Source of the DNA: Candidatus Poribacteria bacterium
Lineage (GTDB): Bacteria; Poribacteria; WGA-4E; UBA9662
Direction of reading: 5' to 3'
NCBI GenBank assembly: GCA_046582655.1
Contig: JAYGDX010000027.1
Location: 1 to 64,000, forward strand
DNA: 64,000 nucleotides
Below, piece by piece: positions 1 to 9,791 of the stretch. Both the position numbers and the translations under genes were made by a program. The stretch's first letter is position 1. Each line of letters starts with the position of its first letter. The notes under the pieces were generated by a model, which was not told where the DNA came from, ran no database searches, and saw only the letters and a program-made list of their open reading frames with translations.

Positions 1-708
1 TCTGGCTATAGAACTGACCCTGACTTCATCAATGAAACCGACCCACTTAAATTCACGGCTCCCTTTGGTTCCAACCATAACATCCCAAGGGCTGCCGGTT
101 GCCATTTTACCCTTGTGTGGGGCTGAACCTTCTAATTTTCCATTAATATAAATCTTGATATTTTTGCCATCGTATGTGCCTGCAACGTGATACCATTCTT
201 TGACTCCTATAGTCAATGAGGAGGCTGCATTCGCTGTTCCCTTGTCAGTATTAACATGCATGTTTGGAACACCATTGGTAACACCCAGATGATACTTTCC
301 AACCGCAGCTGACCAATGACAGCAAATTAGCTTCCAGCTAGTTAAGTCGGTTGGATAAACCCAGGCTTCAACGGTGATTGTGTTGTCAGGGGTCAACAGT
401 TTATTGGCACGTTTATCCTTCATGGGACCAATATTGATGGCACTGTTCTTTCCATCGAATTCAAAAGATTTTCCGCCACCTTCCTCATTCCATTCATCTT
501 GGCCCCACTTAGCTTTCCCTTCAATTTCGGCTTTTATATTGTTCTGAGATTTGTCTTTGACTGTCGCTCCTGAACCTTCGTTAAAATGCCAAAGACCAAT
601 CGTGTGTTCATCCGGCCGATACTCAAATCCTGTGGCTGCATTGGCTGCATGGTAAAGTCCACTAATTAAAATAATTAAGGCTAAACAAATTATAAGATTA
701 AATTTCAT
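1..708 (-). CDS. LamG/concanavalin A-like lectin domain protein (3' end outside window); paralogue of 793..1587
   Basis: Manual translation from ATG at 708 (SD AAGGAG upstream): MKFNLIICLALIILISGLYHAANAATGFEYRPDEHTIGLWHFNEGSG...TITVEAWVYPTDL...WYHVAGTYDGKNIKIYING...IDEVRVSSIAR. Signal peptide plus LamG motifs; frame open to the window edge. Not in the ORF track. Confidence 0.9.
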   Translation of the reverse strand, partial: MKFNLIICLALIILISGLYHAANAATGFEYRPDEHTIGLWHFNEGSGATVKDKSQNNIKAEIEGKAKWGQDEWNEEGGGKSFEFDGKNSAINIGPMKDKRANKLLTPDNTITVEAWVYPTDLTSWKLICCHWSAAVGKYHLGVTNGVPNMHVNTDKGTANAASSLTIGVKEWYHVAGTYDGKNIKIYINGKLEGSAPHKGKMATGSPWDVMVGTKGSREFKWVGFIDEVRVSSIAR

Positions 709-726
709 GATTAACTCCTTAAATTT

Positions 727-776
727 AAAAATAACGGAAGGTTCGACCGGAATCGGTTAAACTTTCCGTTATTTTT
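727..776 (-). terminator. Intrinsic terminator-like hairpin between the two LamG genes
   Basis: Inverted repeat AAAAATAACGGAA...TTCCGTTATTTTT just after the stop codon at 793. Confidence 0.7.
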
Positions 777-792
777 TGTGCTTATTTGGCTT

Positions 793-1587
793 TTATTGTT
801 TCTTCATATTTGCCCAAAATACAGGCAATTTGGTCGAATCGAGATCTACAGGAGTTGGCCCTGAAGACAAATTTGGACTGAGTTCCTCAGCTTTTCTGGC
901 TATAGAACTGAACCTAACTTCATCCATCAAACCGACCCAGTGAAATTCACGGCTCGCTTTGGTTCCGATCATCACGTCCCAGGGACTACCCGTGGTAAGT
1001 TTTCCACTATGTGCCACAGCTTCTGACAATTTGCCATCGACATAGATCTTGATTTCTTTACCATCGTACGAGCCAGCCAAATGATACCATTTGTTGACTT
1101 CTATTTTTGGCGCTTTGGCATTCTTTGTTCCTTTGTCGGTATTAACGTGCATGTTCGGAACACCATTGCTAACGCCAAAATGGTACTTCCCAACAGCCGC
1201 CGCCCAATGAGCACCAACCAATTTCCAAGCTGTCAAATCGGTTGGATAAACCCAGGCTTCAATTGTAATAGCTTGGTTAGGTGTTAAGATTTTATTTCCA
1301 ACTGTGTCCTTGATAGGAATGGCTAAAGCGGTTTTTCCGTCGAATACCAAGGAATGCCCACCCCCAGCTTTATTCCAATTGGCCTTATCCCACTTGGCTT
1401 TACCCTCAATCACCGTTTTTATTTTATTCTTGGATGCATCTTTAACTTCATTGCCCTGACCTTCATTGAAATGCCAGAGACCAAGCGTATGCTCGTCTGG
1501 CCGATACTCAAATCCGGTGGCAGCAAAACTGAAGACCGAAACCATAAACACAAATATTCCGCAAATACATATACACAACCGGTTCAT
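793..1587 (-). CDS. Secreted LamG domain protein with C-terminal KLPVFWANMK tail
   Basis: Signal peptide, LWHFNEG, TIEAWVYP, WYHLAGSYDG and MDEVRFS LamG motifs; ATG at 1587 preferred over the ORF-track start at 1596. Confidence 0.9.
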   Translation of the reverse strand: MNRLCICICGIFVFMVSVFSFAATGFEYRPDEHTLGLWHFNEGQGNEVKDASKNKIKTVIEGKAKWDKANWNKAGGGHSLVFDGKTALAIPIKDTVGNKILTPNQAITIEAWVYPTDLTAWKLVGAHWAAAVGKYHFGVSNGVPNMHVNTDKGTKNAKAPKIEVNKWYHLAGSYDGKEIKIYVDGKLSEAVAHSGKLTTGSPWDVMIGTKASREFHWVGLMDEVRFSSIARKAEELSPNLSSGPTPVDLDSTKLPVFWANMKKQ

Positions 1588-1785
1588 TTTGTACAACCTT
1601 TCTTAGTTTATTACTAAAATCGAAATTATGAGAGACGCTAATTGCGCTTTAGCATACCTCATTTTGTATCATACTACGAAAAAATAATAGTATTAGAAAG
1701 AAATAAAAAGAATTGCTGGCTACAACCGAATTCGGATATTCTAATCCATTACAAAATTCAAAAAAGGAACTCGCAATAGGTGTAA

Positions 1786-1813
1786 AATATAACAACTGTT
1801 AACCGATTGTCAA
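1786..1813 (-). promoter_or_regulatory. sigma70-type promoter for the LamG genes
   Basis: Minus strand TTGACA-16nt-TATATT with TG extended -10. Confidence 0.55.
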
Positions 1814-2316
1814 GCAGGTCGTGACTCAAACACTGGCCGAAACTGGAGACCAAGGTGAAAAAGCGAAAGAAGGCCCTCCCATATCAACTCCACAGATTCG
1901 CCAGATGGTTTCGATTAAACTTCTGGCCACAGTGATGGGGAGGAACCGGAACCAACTAAGTGGAACAATCTCTGGTTTTCCCAGTTGCTGACGCTGGCTA
2001 TGATGGTAGGCCTCTATACCATGCTGTGGCTCCTTTTTGTAGGGCTCAACTGGTCTGAGCTTCCAATCCGAGGCCAGGAACTGAAACATCTGTGACTGTA
2101 TCAACAGCCATTGGTAATTGAGCCGACCATCAAACTGCCGAAGGTTGGCATGGCCACGGTACAGATTCCATACTGGATCAAAGGCGTTAAAATGAGGTAA
2201 GGCAAGAACTTACTTAGTAAAAAGATATTGATCGGATCAACCTGGTTACAATGTCATTTCAGCTTACATTTTGCAAAAGCTATTAGATATGAAAAGCTGT
2301 TGCCACACTCGCAATC

Positions 2317-2345
2317 TTGACAAGATTAGGCTGCCGTGTTATGAT
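2317..2345 (+). promoter_or_regulatory. sigma70-type promoter of the glxK operon
   Basis: TTGACA (2317-2322), 17-nt spacer, TATGAT (2340-2345). Confidence 0.7.
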
Positions 2346-2361
2346 TCGAAAGTTATTAATT

Positions 2362-3516
2362 ATGAAGATTGTCATCGCTCCTGATTCATTTAAAGGCAGT
2401 TTGACCGCACCGCAAGTTGCTGAGGCCATAGAAGCTGGATTTCTACTCGTGTTCCCTTCTATCGTAACAGATAAGCTGCCCATGGCAGATGGCGGAGAAG
2501 GGACGGTTGCTTCTCTGGTAGCATCCTCAGACGGCAAAATGCAGCAGGTTTCAGTTCTCAACCCACTTGGAAACCAGATTCCTTCCGAATTCGGCATTAT
2601 GGGAGATTGTCAAACTGCCGTAATTGAAATGGCCTCAGCTTCAGGTCTCCCTCTGATTAGTCAAGATCAGCAGAATCCGATGCTGACCACCACCTACGGT
2701 ACGGGACAGTTAATGCATGCCGCTTTGGATACAGGTTGCAAGAAGCTAATTATTGGTATTGGAGGAAGTGCGACGAATGATGGAGGAGCAGGCATGGCCC
2801 AAGCTCTTGGAGCTAAACTTCTGGACACGAGTGGAAATCAAATTGGATTTGGTGGTGGCAGCTTAGCAGATATAGATAAAATTGATATTTCTGGATTTGA
2901 TCCGCGTCTTTCAGAAGTGGATGTTGTAGTAGCTTGTGATGTTTCTAATACATTAACTGGTAAAGATGGGGCTTCCTATGTATATGGACCTCAAAAAGGG
3001 GCAACATTGGATATGGCTGAAGTATTAGATCGAAATCTAGCACATTTTGCAAGTATCATCAAGCGAGATCTTGATCAGTCTGTAGCGGATATTCCTGGCG
3101 CCGGCGCCGCAGGTGGTCTCGGAGCTGGTCTGATTGCCTTTGCGGGTGCGAAGTTACAGGCGGGCATTGACATTGTTCTGGAAGTTACGGATTTCGCTAA
3201 CCGAATTCAAGGGTCGGATCTTGTCATTACCGGCGAGGGTCGGCTTGACTACCAAACTGCCTTTGGAAAGACACCTGCAGGTGTAGCAAAAATTGCGCAG
3301 CAGCACAACATCCCTGTGATTGCCATAGCTGGAAGTGTCACAGAAGATATAGATAAACTCTATGCCATAGGTATTGATGCTGTTGTTGACATTTTTCATG
3401 AACCAATGTCACTAGAGACAGCAATGGTGAACGCGTCCAAATTAATTACCATTGCTGCTGAGCGTGCGGCTCGCCTGATTGGAATTGGACTCATAAAAGG
3501 GAAACTAGATGATTAA
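2362..3516 (+). CDS. glxK: Glycerate kinase (GlxK/GarK family)
   Basis: MKIVIAPDSFKGS, PMADGGEGT, GIGGSATNDGG, GAAGGLG, ITGEGRLD. Start moved to ATG 2362 because the upstream starts overlap the promoter. Confidence 0.95.
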   Translation: MKIVIAPDSFKGSLTAPQVAEAIEAGFLLVFPSIVTDKLPMADGGEGTVASLVASSDGKMQQVSVLNPLGNQIPSEFGIMGDCQTAVIEMASASGLPLISQDQQNPMLTTTYGTGQLMHAALDTGCKKLIIGIGGSATNDGGAGMAQALGAKLLDTSGNQIGFGGGSLADIDKIDISGFDPRLSEVDVVVACDVSNTLTGKDGASYVYGPQKGATLDMAEVLDRNLAHFASIIKRDLDQSVADIPGAGAAGGLGAGLIAFAGAKLQAGIDIVLEVTDFANRIQGSDLVITGEGRLDYQTAFGKTPAGVAKIAQQHNIPVIAIAGSVTEDIDKLYAIGIDAVVDIFHEPMSLETAMVNASKLITIAAERAARLIGIGLIKGKLDD

Positions 3517-4438
3517 ATGGAAAGTTTGCCTGCTGCTAATGTGTACTGCACAATTAGCTTTAGCAGGCTTTAGTGATTACGGTATAGGCGCAAGACCTCT
3601 TGGGTTTGGTGGCGCTTTTGTGGCTCTGGCTGATGATGGTAATGCAGCCAGTTATAATGCCGCCGGACTCGGCTTTATTGAACAATCCCAATTCAGCGGG
3701 ACGCATATGCAGCGTTTCAGAGGATTGGTCAACCATAATCAGGTTAGTGCTGTTGTGCCAGCTGGATCGATAGGTACAATTGGTGCGAGCATTGGTATTC
3801 TAGGTGAAAAAAATGGAATTTATCAAGAACAGCTTATAACTGTATCTTACGGTAAATCGTTTTTTCAACGATTTGCGCTTGGAAGCAATTTGCGATCTTT
3901 TACCACCAATTTCGATCAAGAAAATGAATCGATAAAGGAAAACCCATATTTTCAAGAGAAACAATCGGCTTCAGCTTCCTCAATCGATATTGGTTTGATG
4001 GCCAAACCGATAACGGGCTTAAGCGTCGGATTATCAGTTGAAAACTTACTTCCTGTGGATATCGCCATTTCTAATTCTCAACAGGATGTTGTTCCTAAAA
4101 ACGTGCGAATTGGTGTTGGTTATAAACTTGGTGGAATTGCCACCCTGATTCAGCAGGAATCCTTGCGTGGTTTATTGGCTTCTGGTCAGGGGCAAGTTGA
4201 GATCGCTTTTCGTGATGGTAATTCACATCTGCGTATTGGTGCTGAAGTTTGGGTCAGCGAATCAGTTGCATTTCGTACCGGATACGGTCTGAAAAGTGGT
4301 GTCAATAACGTAACGTCAATGGCACTAGGCACAAGCTTGAAATTTTCTATGGTGCGATTAGATTACGTATTTCAAGTATTGAGTGGTGATCTTAAAAATA
4401 ACGCAGTTCAACTTTATTCTCTTAATTTGATATTTTGA
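3509..4438 (+). CDS. PorV/PorP(SprF)-like outer-membrane beta-barrel protein (T9SS shuttle-like, UPF0164-type)
   Basis: Signal peptide; GARPLGFGGAFVALADDGNAASYNAAGL N-terminal motif; alternating beta-strands; C-terminal Phe (YSLNLIF). Confidence 0.75.
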   Translation: MIKWKVCLLLMCTAQLALAGFSDYGIGARPLGFGGAFVALADDGNAASYNAAGLGFIEQSQFSGTHMQRFRGLVNHNQVSAVVPAGSIGTIGASIGILGEKNGIYQEQLITVSYGKSFFQRFALGSNLRSFTTNFDQENESIKENPYFQEKQSASASSIDIGLMAKPITGLSVGLSVENLLPVDIAISNSQQDVVPKNVRIGVGYKLGGIATLIQQESLRGLLASGQGQVEIAFRDGNSHLRIGAEVWVSESVAFRTGYGLKSGVNNVTSMALGTSLKFSMVRLDYVFQVLSGDLKNNAVQLYSLNLIF

Positions 4439-4458
4439 GGTTTTAAATAAAAAAAACA

Positions 4459-5871
4459 ATGCAGATTCGGCAAAGCCTAATTACTGGGCTCACAGTAATA
4501 CTAATAATAATTGGTTGGAAAGGTGAGACCTTTGCTGCTGTTACCTCTTCTGGAGAAATTAATGTTGATGAAGATAGCCGTGGACGTGTGCCCACCAGTT
4601 CGAATGTCGTCTTAATTCTCACGCTCGGTATAGATCGATCACTAGCTGAACCGGGAGAAGAGGTCAAGACTATTGAGGCTCAGCTGCCTGTCGGCTTTTC
4701 TGTTTCGGTTAATGGTGTTAGGTCGGTTACGCGCGATGGTCAACCGATTGCTTATAAAGTCCTAGTGCCTACCGGATCACTTCGAATTGTGTTAATCAAG
4801 GAAGTGCGTGATTTCAGTAATTCACTTTACGAAATTGTTTTCATGAGTAGAACCCCATCCATAACAAATCCGAGCGCAGAATTCAAGATCCTTCTCAGAA
4901 ATTTGGAAGATAGCCAGATTGGGGAATATATAAAGCCAGGCAATATCGATGGTGAACCGAATAACGATTCGCTGAGTCTGCAGATTATACCGAATGTCCC
5001 ACCAGAGCCTGTACGAGGCTTTACGATCAAAACGGATCCCAGTGGTGAGAATGATGTTCTGATTACTTGGCAATCCTCACAAGATAGTGATGTTAGCGGC
5101 TATTTCATTTACCGTGATGGGGTGCGAATTACCGATCAAAAGAATCGTACAATTGCAAGTTTTGTGGACCTTAATGTGTTGCCTGGCGAGCATGGCTACG
5201 CCATAGAAGCTTATAAAACCTCCCTTCTTCGCTCTAGACCAACTGCTGTGGTTGTTGTCAATGTTGGTTTAGACACTGTTAAACCAAATCCACCAAAAGC
5301 ACTGCAAATTCGGGATCTTGGAGGTATAGTCAACATCATATGGCAATCTAGTAATACACTGGATGTTGAGAAATATCAGATCTCTTTCGGTACTTCAATT
5401 GATAAGCTCAGCCCACTATCAAATGGTGTAATCGAAGCTGAACTGGATAAAAAAGATGACTACATATTTAGTCTGAAGCAACAGTTGAAGGTAGGGAAAT
5501 ATGTCTATGCCGTAGAGGCGATTGATGAAGCCGGCAATCGTTCGAATCCTATTACTCAAGTCTTACGGGTTTTAGGGGAACCGTTTCCGAGAGTTATCAC
5601 TCCGTTTTCAAACAACGAAAAGTTTAATCGGGTGATTTTCCCTATCCGAACAATTGAAGATGCTGAAGGAGAATTTGTGGTTCTGATTTTTGATATTCAT
5701 GGAATGCTAATTAAAAGAATACAGCCAGAAGACCCAGACCAAGACAATGACAAAAATCTAAAGTGGAAAGGTCAAAATGAAGATGGGGAAACTGTTGAAA
5801 GCGGCATCTATGTTTATCAAGTCCAGGTTGGTGAAAGCTACAAAAATGGCACTTTGATCGTTGCCAAATAG
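4459..5871 (+). CDS. Secreted fibronectin type III domain protein with T9SS type-B/FlgD-like C-terminal domain
   Basis: Signal peptide; two Fn3-like units (ITW...GYFIYRDG; YVYAVEAIDEAGNRS); C-terminus FPRVITP...IFDIHG...WKGQNEDGETVESGIYVYQV...GTLIVAK. Confidence 0.75.
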   Translation: MQIRQSLITGLTVILIIIGWKGETFAAVTSSGEINVDEDSRGRVPTSSNVVLILTLGIDRSLAEPGEEVKTIEAQLPVGFSVSVNGVRSVTRDGQPIAYKVLVPTGSLRIVLIKEVRDFSNSLYEIVFMSRTPSITNPSAEFKILLRNLEDSQIGEYIKPGNIDGEPNNDSLSLQIIPNVPPEPVRGFTIKTDPSGENDVLITWQSSQDSDVSGYFIYRDGVRITDQKNRTIASFVDLNVLPGEHGYAIEAYKTSLLRSRPTAVVVVNVGLDTVKPNPPKALQIRDLGGIVNIIWQSSNTLDVEKYQISFGTSIDKLSPLSNGVIEAELDKKDDYIFSLKQQLKVGKYVYAVEAIDEAGNRSNPITQVLRVLGEPFPRVITPFSNNEKFNRVIFPIRTIEDAEGEFVVLIFDIHGMLIKRIQPEDPDQDNDKNLKWKGQNEDGETVESGIYVYQVQVGESYKNGTLIVAK

Positions 5872-5876
5872 TTGTT

Positions 5877-6596
5877 GTGAAGATGTACAGCGAGAGAAGG
5901 TCAGTGACGAATATCCAAGCCCTAATCTTCGATTTTGGTGGAACGCTGGATGCTAATGGCATCCACTGGCGAGATCGATTCTTCCGATTGATAAAAGGTG
6001 AATTTCCTGACATTGACTGGGATGCTTTCGAGAAAGCCGACCGGAATTCGATCGAGCAGTTTATAGCCAAGAAACCAACACATTTGAGCTTACGTGAATC
6101 TGCCCGCGAAATCGTGAATGGTATTGCACATAACCTAGGGTTTAGTCAGAAAATTGTCAACCCGCTTGTTTCATCTTTTTGTCGTGACGCGGCTTCTGCA
6201 CTGAAGCAAAATCGTGAATGGTTGATCACACTTGATGATCAATTTCAACTCGGTGTCATTAGCAATAACTTTGGCAATACGCAGGGCTGGTGCGATGAAT
6301 ATGGCTTGAGCCCACTTCTTGATGTTGTCGTTGATTCAACAGTGGTTGGGATTTCCAAACCTGACCCTCGGGTTTTTCAGATCGCGCTATCCGAATTGAA
6401 GGTTTCACCTGAGGAAACGATATATGTCGGTGATACTTTCTTGGATGATATTGTTGGAGCTAAACAAGCTGGAATGTTTTCTGCTTGGCTGGTCGGCCAG
6501 GAAGAGAAGGAATGCCCAGACACATCACTGATTGACCTACAACTGTCCCAACTCCGTGATTTAGAAAAATTCTTGCAAACCCCAAAAGAAAGCTAA
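5877..6596 (+). CDS. HAD-superfamily hydrolase
   Basis: IFDFGGTLD, VISN, KPDPRVF, YVGD...DD motifs. Confidence 0.85.
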   Translation: MKMYSERRSVTNIQALIFDFGGTLDANGIHWRDRFFRLIKGEFPDIDWDAFEKADRNSIEQFIAKKPTHLSLRESAREIVNGIAHNLGFSQKIVNPLVSSFCRDAASALKQNREWLITLDDQFQLGVISNNFGNTQGWCDEYGLSPLLDVVVDSTVVGISKPDPRVFQIALSELKVSPEETIYVGDTFLDDIVGAKQAGMFSAWLVGQEEKECPDTSLIDLQLSQLRDLEKFLQTPKES

Positions 6597-6861
6597 CACT
6601 CGCTTACTCGAGAAAGATCTCCACATGTCATCAGCCCGAAGGCGGAACAAATACACCACCAATTTGGATGAGGGGATTCATCCAGGTCAACGGCGACATG
6701 TGCGGACCAAGAACTACCTCTAACGGCGGGATTAGAAACCAACTGCGGGAATTCAAAGCAATCGAGATGGATAATACACCATGACTCAGAATTCATAGGC
6801 TAAGCCTAAGATGACAGAACCCCATGGAATCTTGAACAACTGCAGGGGTGAACCTTTTCAG

Positions 6862-8697
6862 TTATATCAAAGCTTTGACTGTTTGAACGATATGGTTTGT
6901 GCTAATCCCGTATACTTCAAGCAGTTCTTCCTGTTTGCCGGAACGTGGAATGCTATTGACAGCCAGTTTGTGAACTTTAATACCTTCCGAACCGACTGCG
7001 CTTAAAACTGCCTCACCAATACCTCCTTCTGGATAATGATCCTCCACGGTGATGATTGTTCCGCCCGTCTCCTTGGCTGCACTCACCAAGGTTGCAATAT
7101 CAACTGGTTTAACGGAGTAGAGATCAATTACACGTATCGAAATTCCCCCTGTTTGCAGTTGGTCATATGCTTTTAATGCCTGGTGAAGCGTGATACCAGC
7201 AGCAACAACAGCGATCTGGTCCTCACCGCTTGAGCGAACAACTTTACTGCCTCCAATTGGAAACTGCTCGCTGTTTTCATAAATAATCTTTGTGTTAGGA
7301 CGAGACGTTCGGATAAAAACAATTCCTTCGTATGCCGCCGCTTCGGCAACCAGGCGTTCTGTTGCCACCGCGTCACTCGGATAAAGCACTGCAGCGTTAG
7401 GAATAGATCGGAACATTGATAGATCTTCCAATCCCATCTGTGAGGGGCCGTCTTCACCAATTGAAATTCCACAGTGAGAGCCAACATATTTAATGTTTGC
7501 TTGTGAAATTGCGGACATTCGAATGTGGTCATAGGCCCGGCTAAAGAACGCTGCAAAAGTCGACACAAATGGTATCTTTCCCCGTTTTGACAAACCAATT
7601 CCAGCACCAACTAGATTCTGCTCTGCAATGAACATTTCGAAGTAACGGTCCGAATGATTTGTCATTAATTCTTGGGCGTAAGTTGAGTTTTTCGTGTCGC
7701 CATCAAGCGCAACCACAAGAGGATTGACATCACCAAGCTTAGCTAGCGCAGTACCGTAACCACTTCTGGTTGCGACCTCTTCACCAATTTGGTAGTCAGG
7801 TGGTTCCATTTCACCAATTTCCGGTGTAGGGAGCGAGACCATTGAAGGCATCTCAATTTCAACGTTGCTGTTCGTACTCAGTTGACCGAGTTCTTCTAAT
7901 GCTTGATCTAGCTGATCTCCCAAGATTGCTTTACCATGCCAGCCATCAGCATCTTCAAGAAAGGAAACCCCTTTACCTTTAAAAGTCTTGGCAACAATCA
8001 TAGTCGGTTGATCGGTATTGCCTTTGACGTGATCAATGGCTGAAAGTATCTGTTCAACATTGTGACCATCGACTCCAATTGCCCTCCAACCAAACGACTC
8101 GAACCTGCGGCAATAGGAATCAATATCGGACTCATACATCGTGCGCTGACTTTGACCAATTCCATTAACATCGACGATACCAATTAGATTGTTGAGTTGG
8201 TAGTGCGAGGCAAGTGCGACGGCCTCCCAAACACTGCCCTCCACTGTCTCTCCATCCCCTAATAGCACATAAACGCGGTAATCCGTTTTGTCGAGATACT
8301 TTGAGTTGATCGCCATACCAACACCAACCGATAATCCTTGCCCCAGTGAACCGGTTGCAACGTCAATCCAGTCAAGTCGAGGTGTGGGATGACCTTCAAG
8401 ATCACTGTCAATTTTGCGCAGATCGAGTAGGTTTTCTCTGGAAATGATACCCAATTCTGCCCAAGCAGCATACAAAATTGGAGCTGCGTGACCCTTTGAC
8501 AAGATAAATCGATCATTATTCGGGTTGTCTGGATTTTTTGGATCATAACGCATGGCGTGGAAGAAGAGTGTTGAAATGATCTCCGCACATGACATGCACG
8601 TTGTCGGATGTCCTGAACCGGCCGCCGCCGTCGACATAATCGAATGAATACGCAAGTCATTTGCTTTTTGTTCTAATGTTGTTACCAAGTCTGTCAT
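6862..8697 (-). CDS. tkt: Transketolase (single-chain, about 610-aa type)
   Basis: SGHPT, LSKGHAAP, LEGHP, TGSLGQG, GDGE TPP motif, IAEQN, GEDGPSQ, TVEDH. Confidence 0.95.
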   Translation of the reverse strand: MTDLVTTLEQKANDLRIHSIMSTAAAGSGHPTTCMSCAEIISTLFFHAMRYDPKNPDNPNNDRFILSKGHAAPILYAAWAELGIISRENLLDLRKIDSDLEGHPTPRLDWIDVATGSLGQGLSVGVGMAINSKYLDKTDYRVYVLLGDGETVEGSVWEAVALASHYQLNNLIGIVDVNGIGQSQRTMYESDIDSYCRRFESFGWRAIGVDGHNVEQILSAIDHVKGNTDQPTMIVAKTFKGKGVSFLEDADGWHGKAILGDQLDQALEELGQLSTNSNVEIEMPSMVSLPTPEIGEMEPPDYQIGEEVATRSGYGTALAKLGDVNPLVVALDGDTKNSTYAQELMTNHSDRYFEMFIAEQNLVGAGIGLSKRGKIPFVSTFAAFFSRAYDHIRMSAISQANIKYVGSHCGISIGEDGPSQMGLEDLSMFRSIPNAAVLYPSDAVATERLVAEAAAYEGIVFIRTSRPNTKIIYENSEQFPIGGSKVVRSSGEDQIAVVAAGITLHQALKAYDQLQTGGISIRVIDLYSVKPVDIATLVSAAKETGGTIITVEDHYPEGGIGEAVLSAVGSEGIKVHKLAVNSIPRSGKQEELLEVYGISTNHIVQTVKALI

Positions 8698-8724
8698 ATT
8701 GTATCCTGAAGTTCTCGCTGTCTA

Positions 8725-9774
8725 TTAGTTCATGATTGATCGAATGAGTTTGACCAAAACATCTGCAGCATATTCGACATCTTCGCGACTGACATCGTGA
8801 TTTGTAACAAGCCGGATGCGATCCTGATCAAAGTAAGAGGTTCGGATGTCATGTTTGCTGGCGATTTTGACAAATTCTGGAGCAGTAATACCAATATTTT
8901 GGACGTTAATCACAACCATATTTGTATGAAAATCTGTCAGGTTGAGTTCAAGCTTGTCGATTTCTGCTAGTTCTTTAGCTAAATACTGCGCATTTTCATG
9001 ATCATCAACAAGGCGATCTACCATCTCTGTTAAAGCGACGATTCCCGCAGCCGCAATAATACCAGATTGACGCATTCCTCCACCAAGTCTTCGACGTACT
9101 TGGACTGCTTTTGCGATAAAATCACCAGAACCAACCAATAGTGACCCAACTGGTGCAGACAAACCTTTGGACAAACAAAATGATACAGAGTCGACGCAAT
9201 CGGCAATATCCTTAGCTTGCACACCTAGCGCGTGTGCGGCGTTGAAGATTCGCGCGCCATCAAGATGAACTGGCACATTATAACGTTCCGCTATTGACTG
9301 CATAATTCGCATCTGTTCAAGTGAAATTGCCCGGCCGCCACGCCGATTATGGGTGTTTTCTAAACAGATGAGACTGATTTTGGGAAAGCGAATCGGATCC
9401 CGCTGAAGATAGAACTCAGTCTGATCTGGATCCGGACAACCATCTTCGCTGTCAATGGTGATGGGCATAACACCACCTAAAGCAGAAATAGCACCACATT
9501 CATAATAGTAGATATGAGCTTCTGAGTCGAGGATTACTGTGTCACCAGTATTGGTATGCGTTAGAACGGCAACATTGTTACCCATTGTACCAGTTGGAAC
9601 AAAGAGGGCAGCTTGTTTGCCAAGTTTTTTAGCGGCAAGAGATTGTAAGCGATTTACGGTAGGATCCTCACCAGCGCAATCATCACCAACTTCAGCATAC
9701 ATCATTGCTTCACGCATCTTCAAAGTCGGCTGAGTAACTGTATCACTTCTAAGATCAACACATCTGTTTGGCAT
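8725..9774 (-). CDS. ltaE: Low-specificity L-threonine aldolase
   Basis: DLRSDTVT, GTMGN, LENTHN, HLDGARIFNAA, CLSKGLSAPVGS. Confidence 0.92.
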   Translation of the reverse strand: MPNRCVDLRSDTVTQPTLKMREAMMYAEVGDDCAGEDPTVNRLQSLAAKKLGKQAALFVPTGTMGNNVAVLTHTNTGDTVILDSEAHIYYYECGAISALGGVMPITIDSEDGCPDPDQTEFYLQRDPIRFPKISLICLENTHNRRGGRAISLEQMRIMQSIAERYNVPVHLDGARIFNAAHALGVQAKDIADCVDSVSFCLSKGLSAPVGSLLVGSGDFIAKAVQVRRRLGGGMRQSGIIAAAGIVALTEMVDRLVDDHENAQYLAKELAEIDKLELNLTDFHTNMVVINVQNIGITAPEFVKIASKHDIRTSYFDQDRIRLVTNHDVSREDVEYAADVLVKLIRSIMN

Positions 9775-9791
9775 TCAGATCGTGGTTCTTG

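Noticed and set aside
1826..2200. 92-aa minus-strand ORF, and a + strand TM-like stretch (LWFSQLLTLAMMVGLYTMLWLLFVG) broken by stops
   Set aside because: No recognisable family; probably a decayed gene but it cannot be supported
6593..6860. Intergenic short ORFs or possible ncRNA between the HAD gene and tkt
   Set aside because: No convincing SD, motif or stable structure identified
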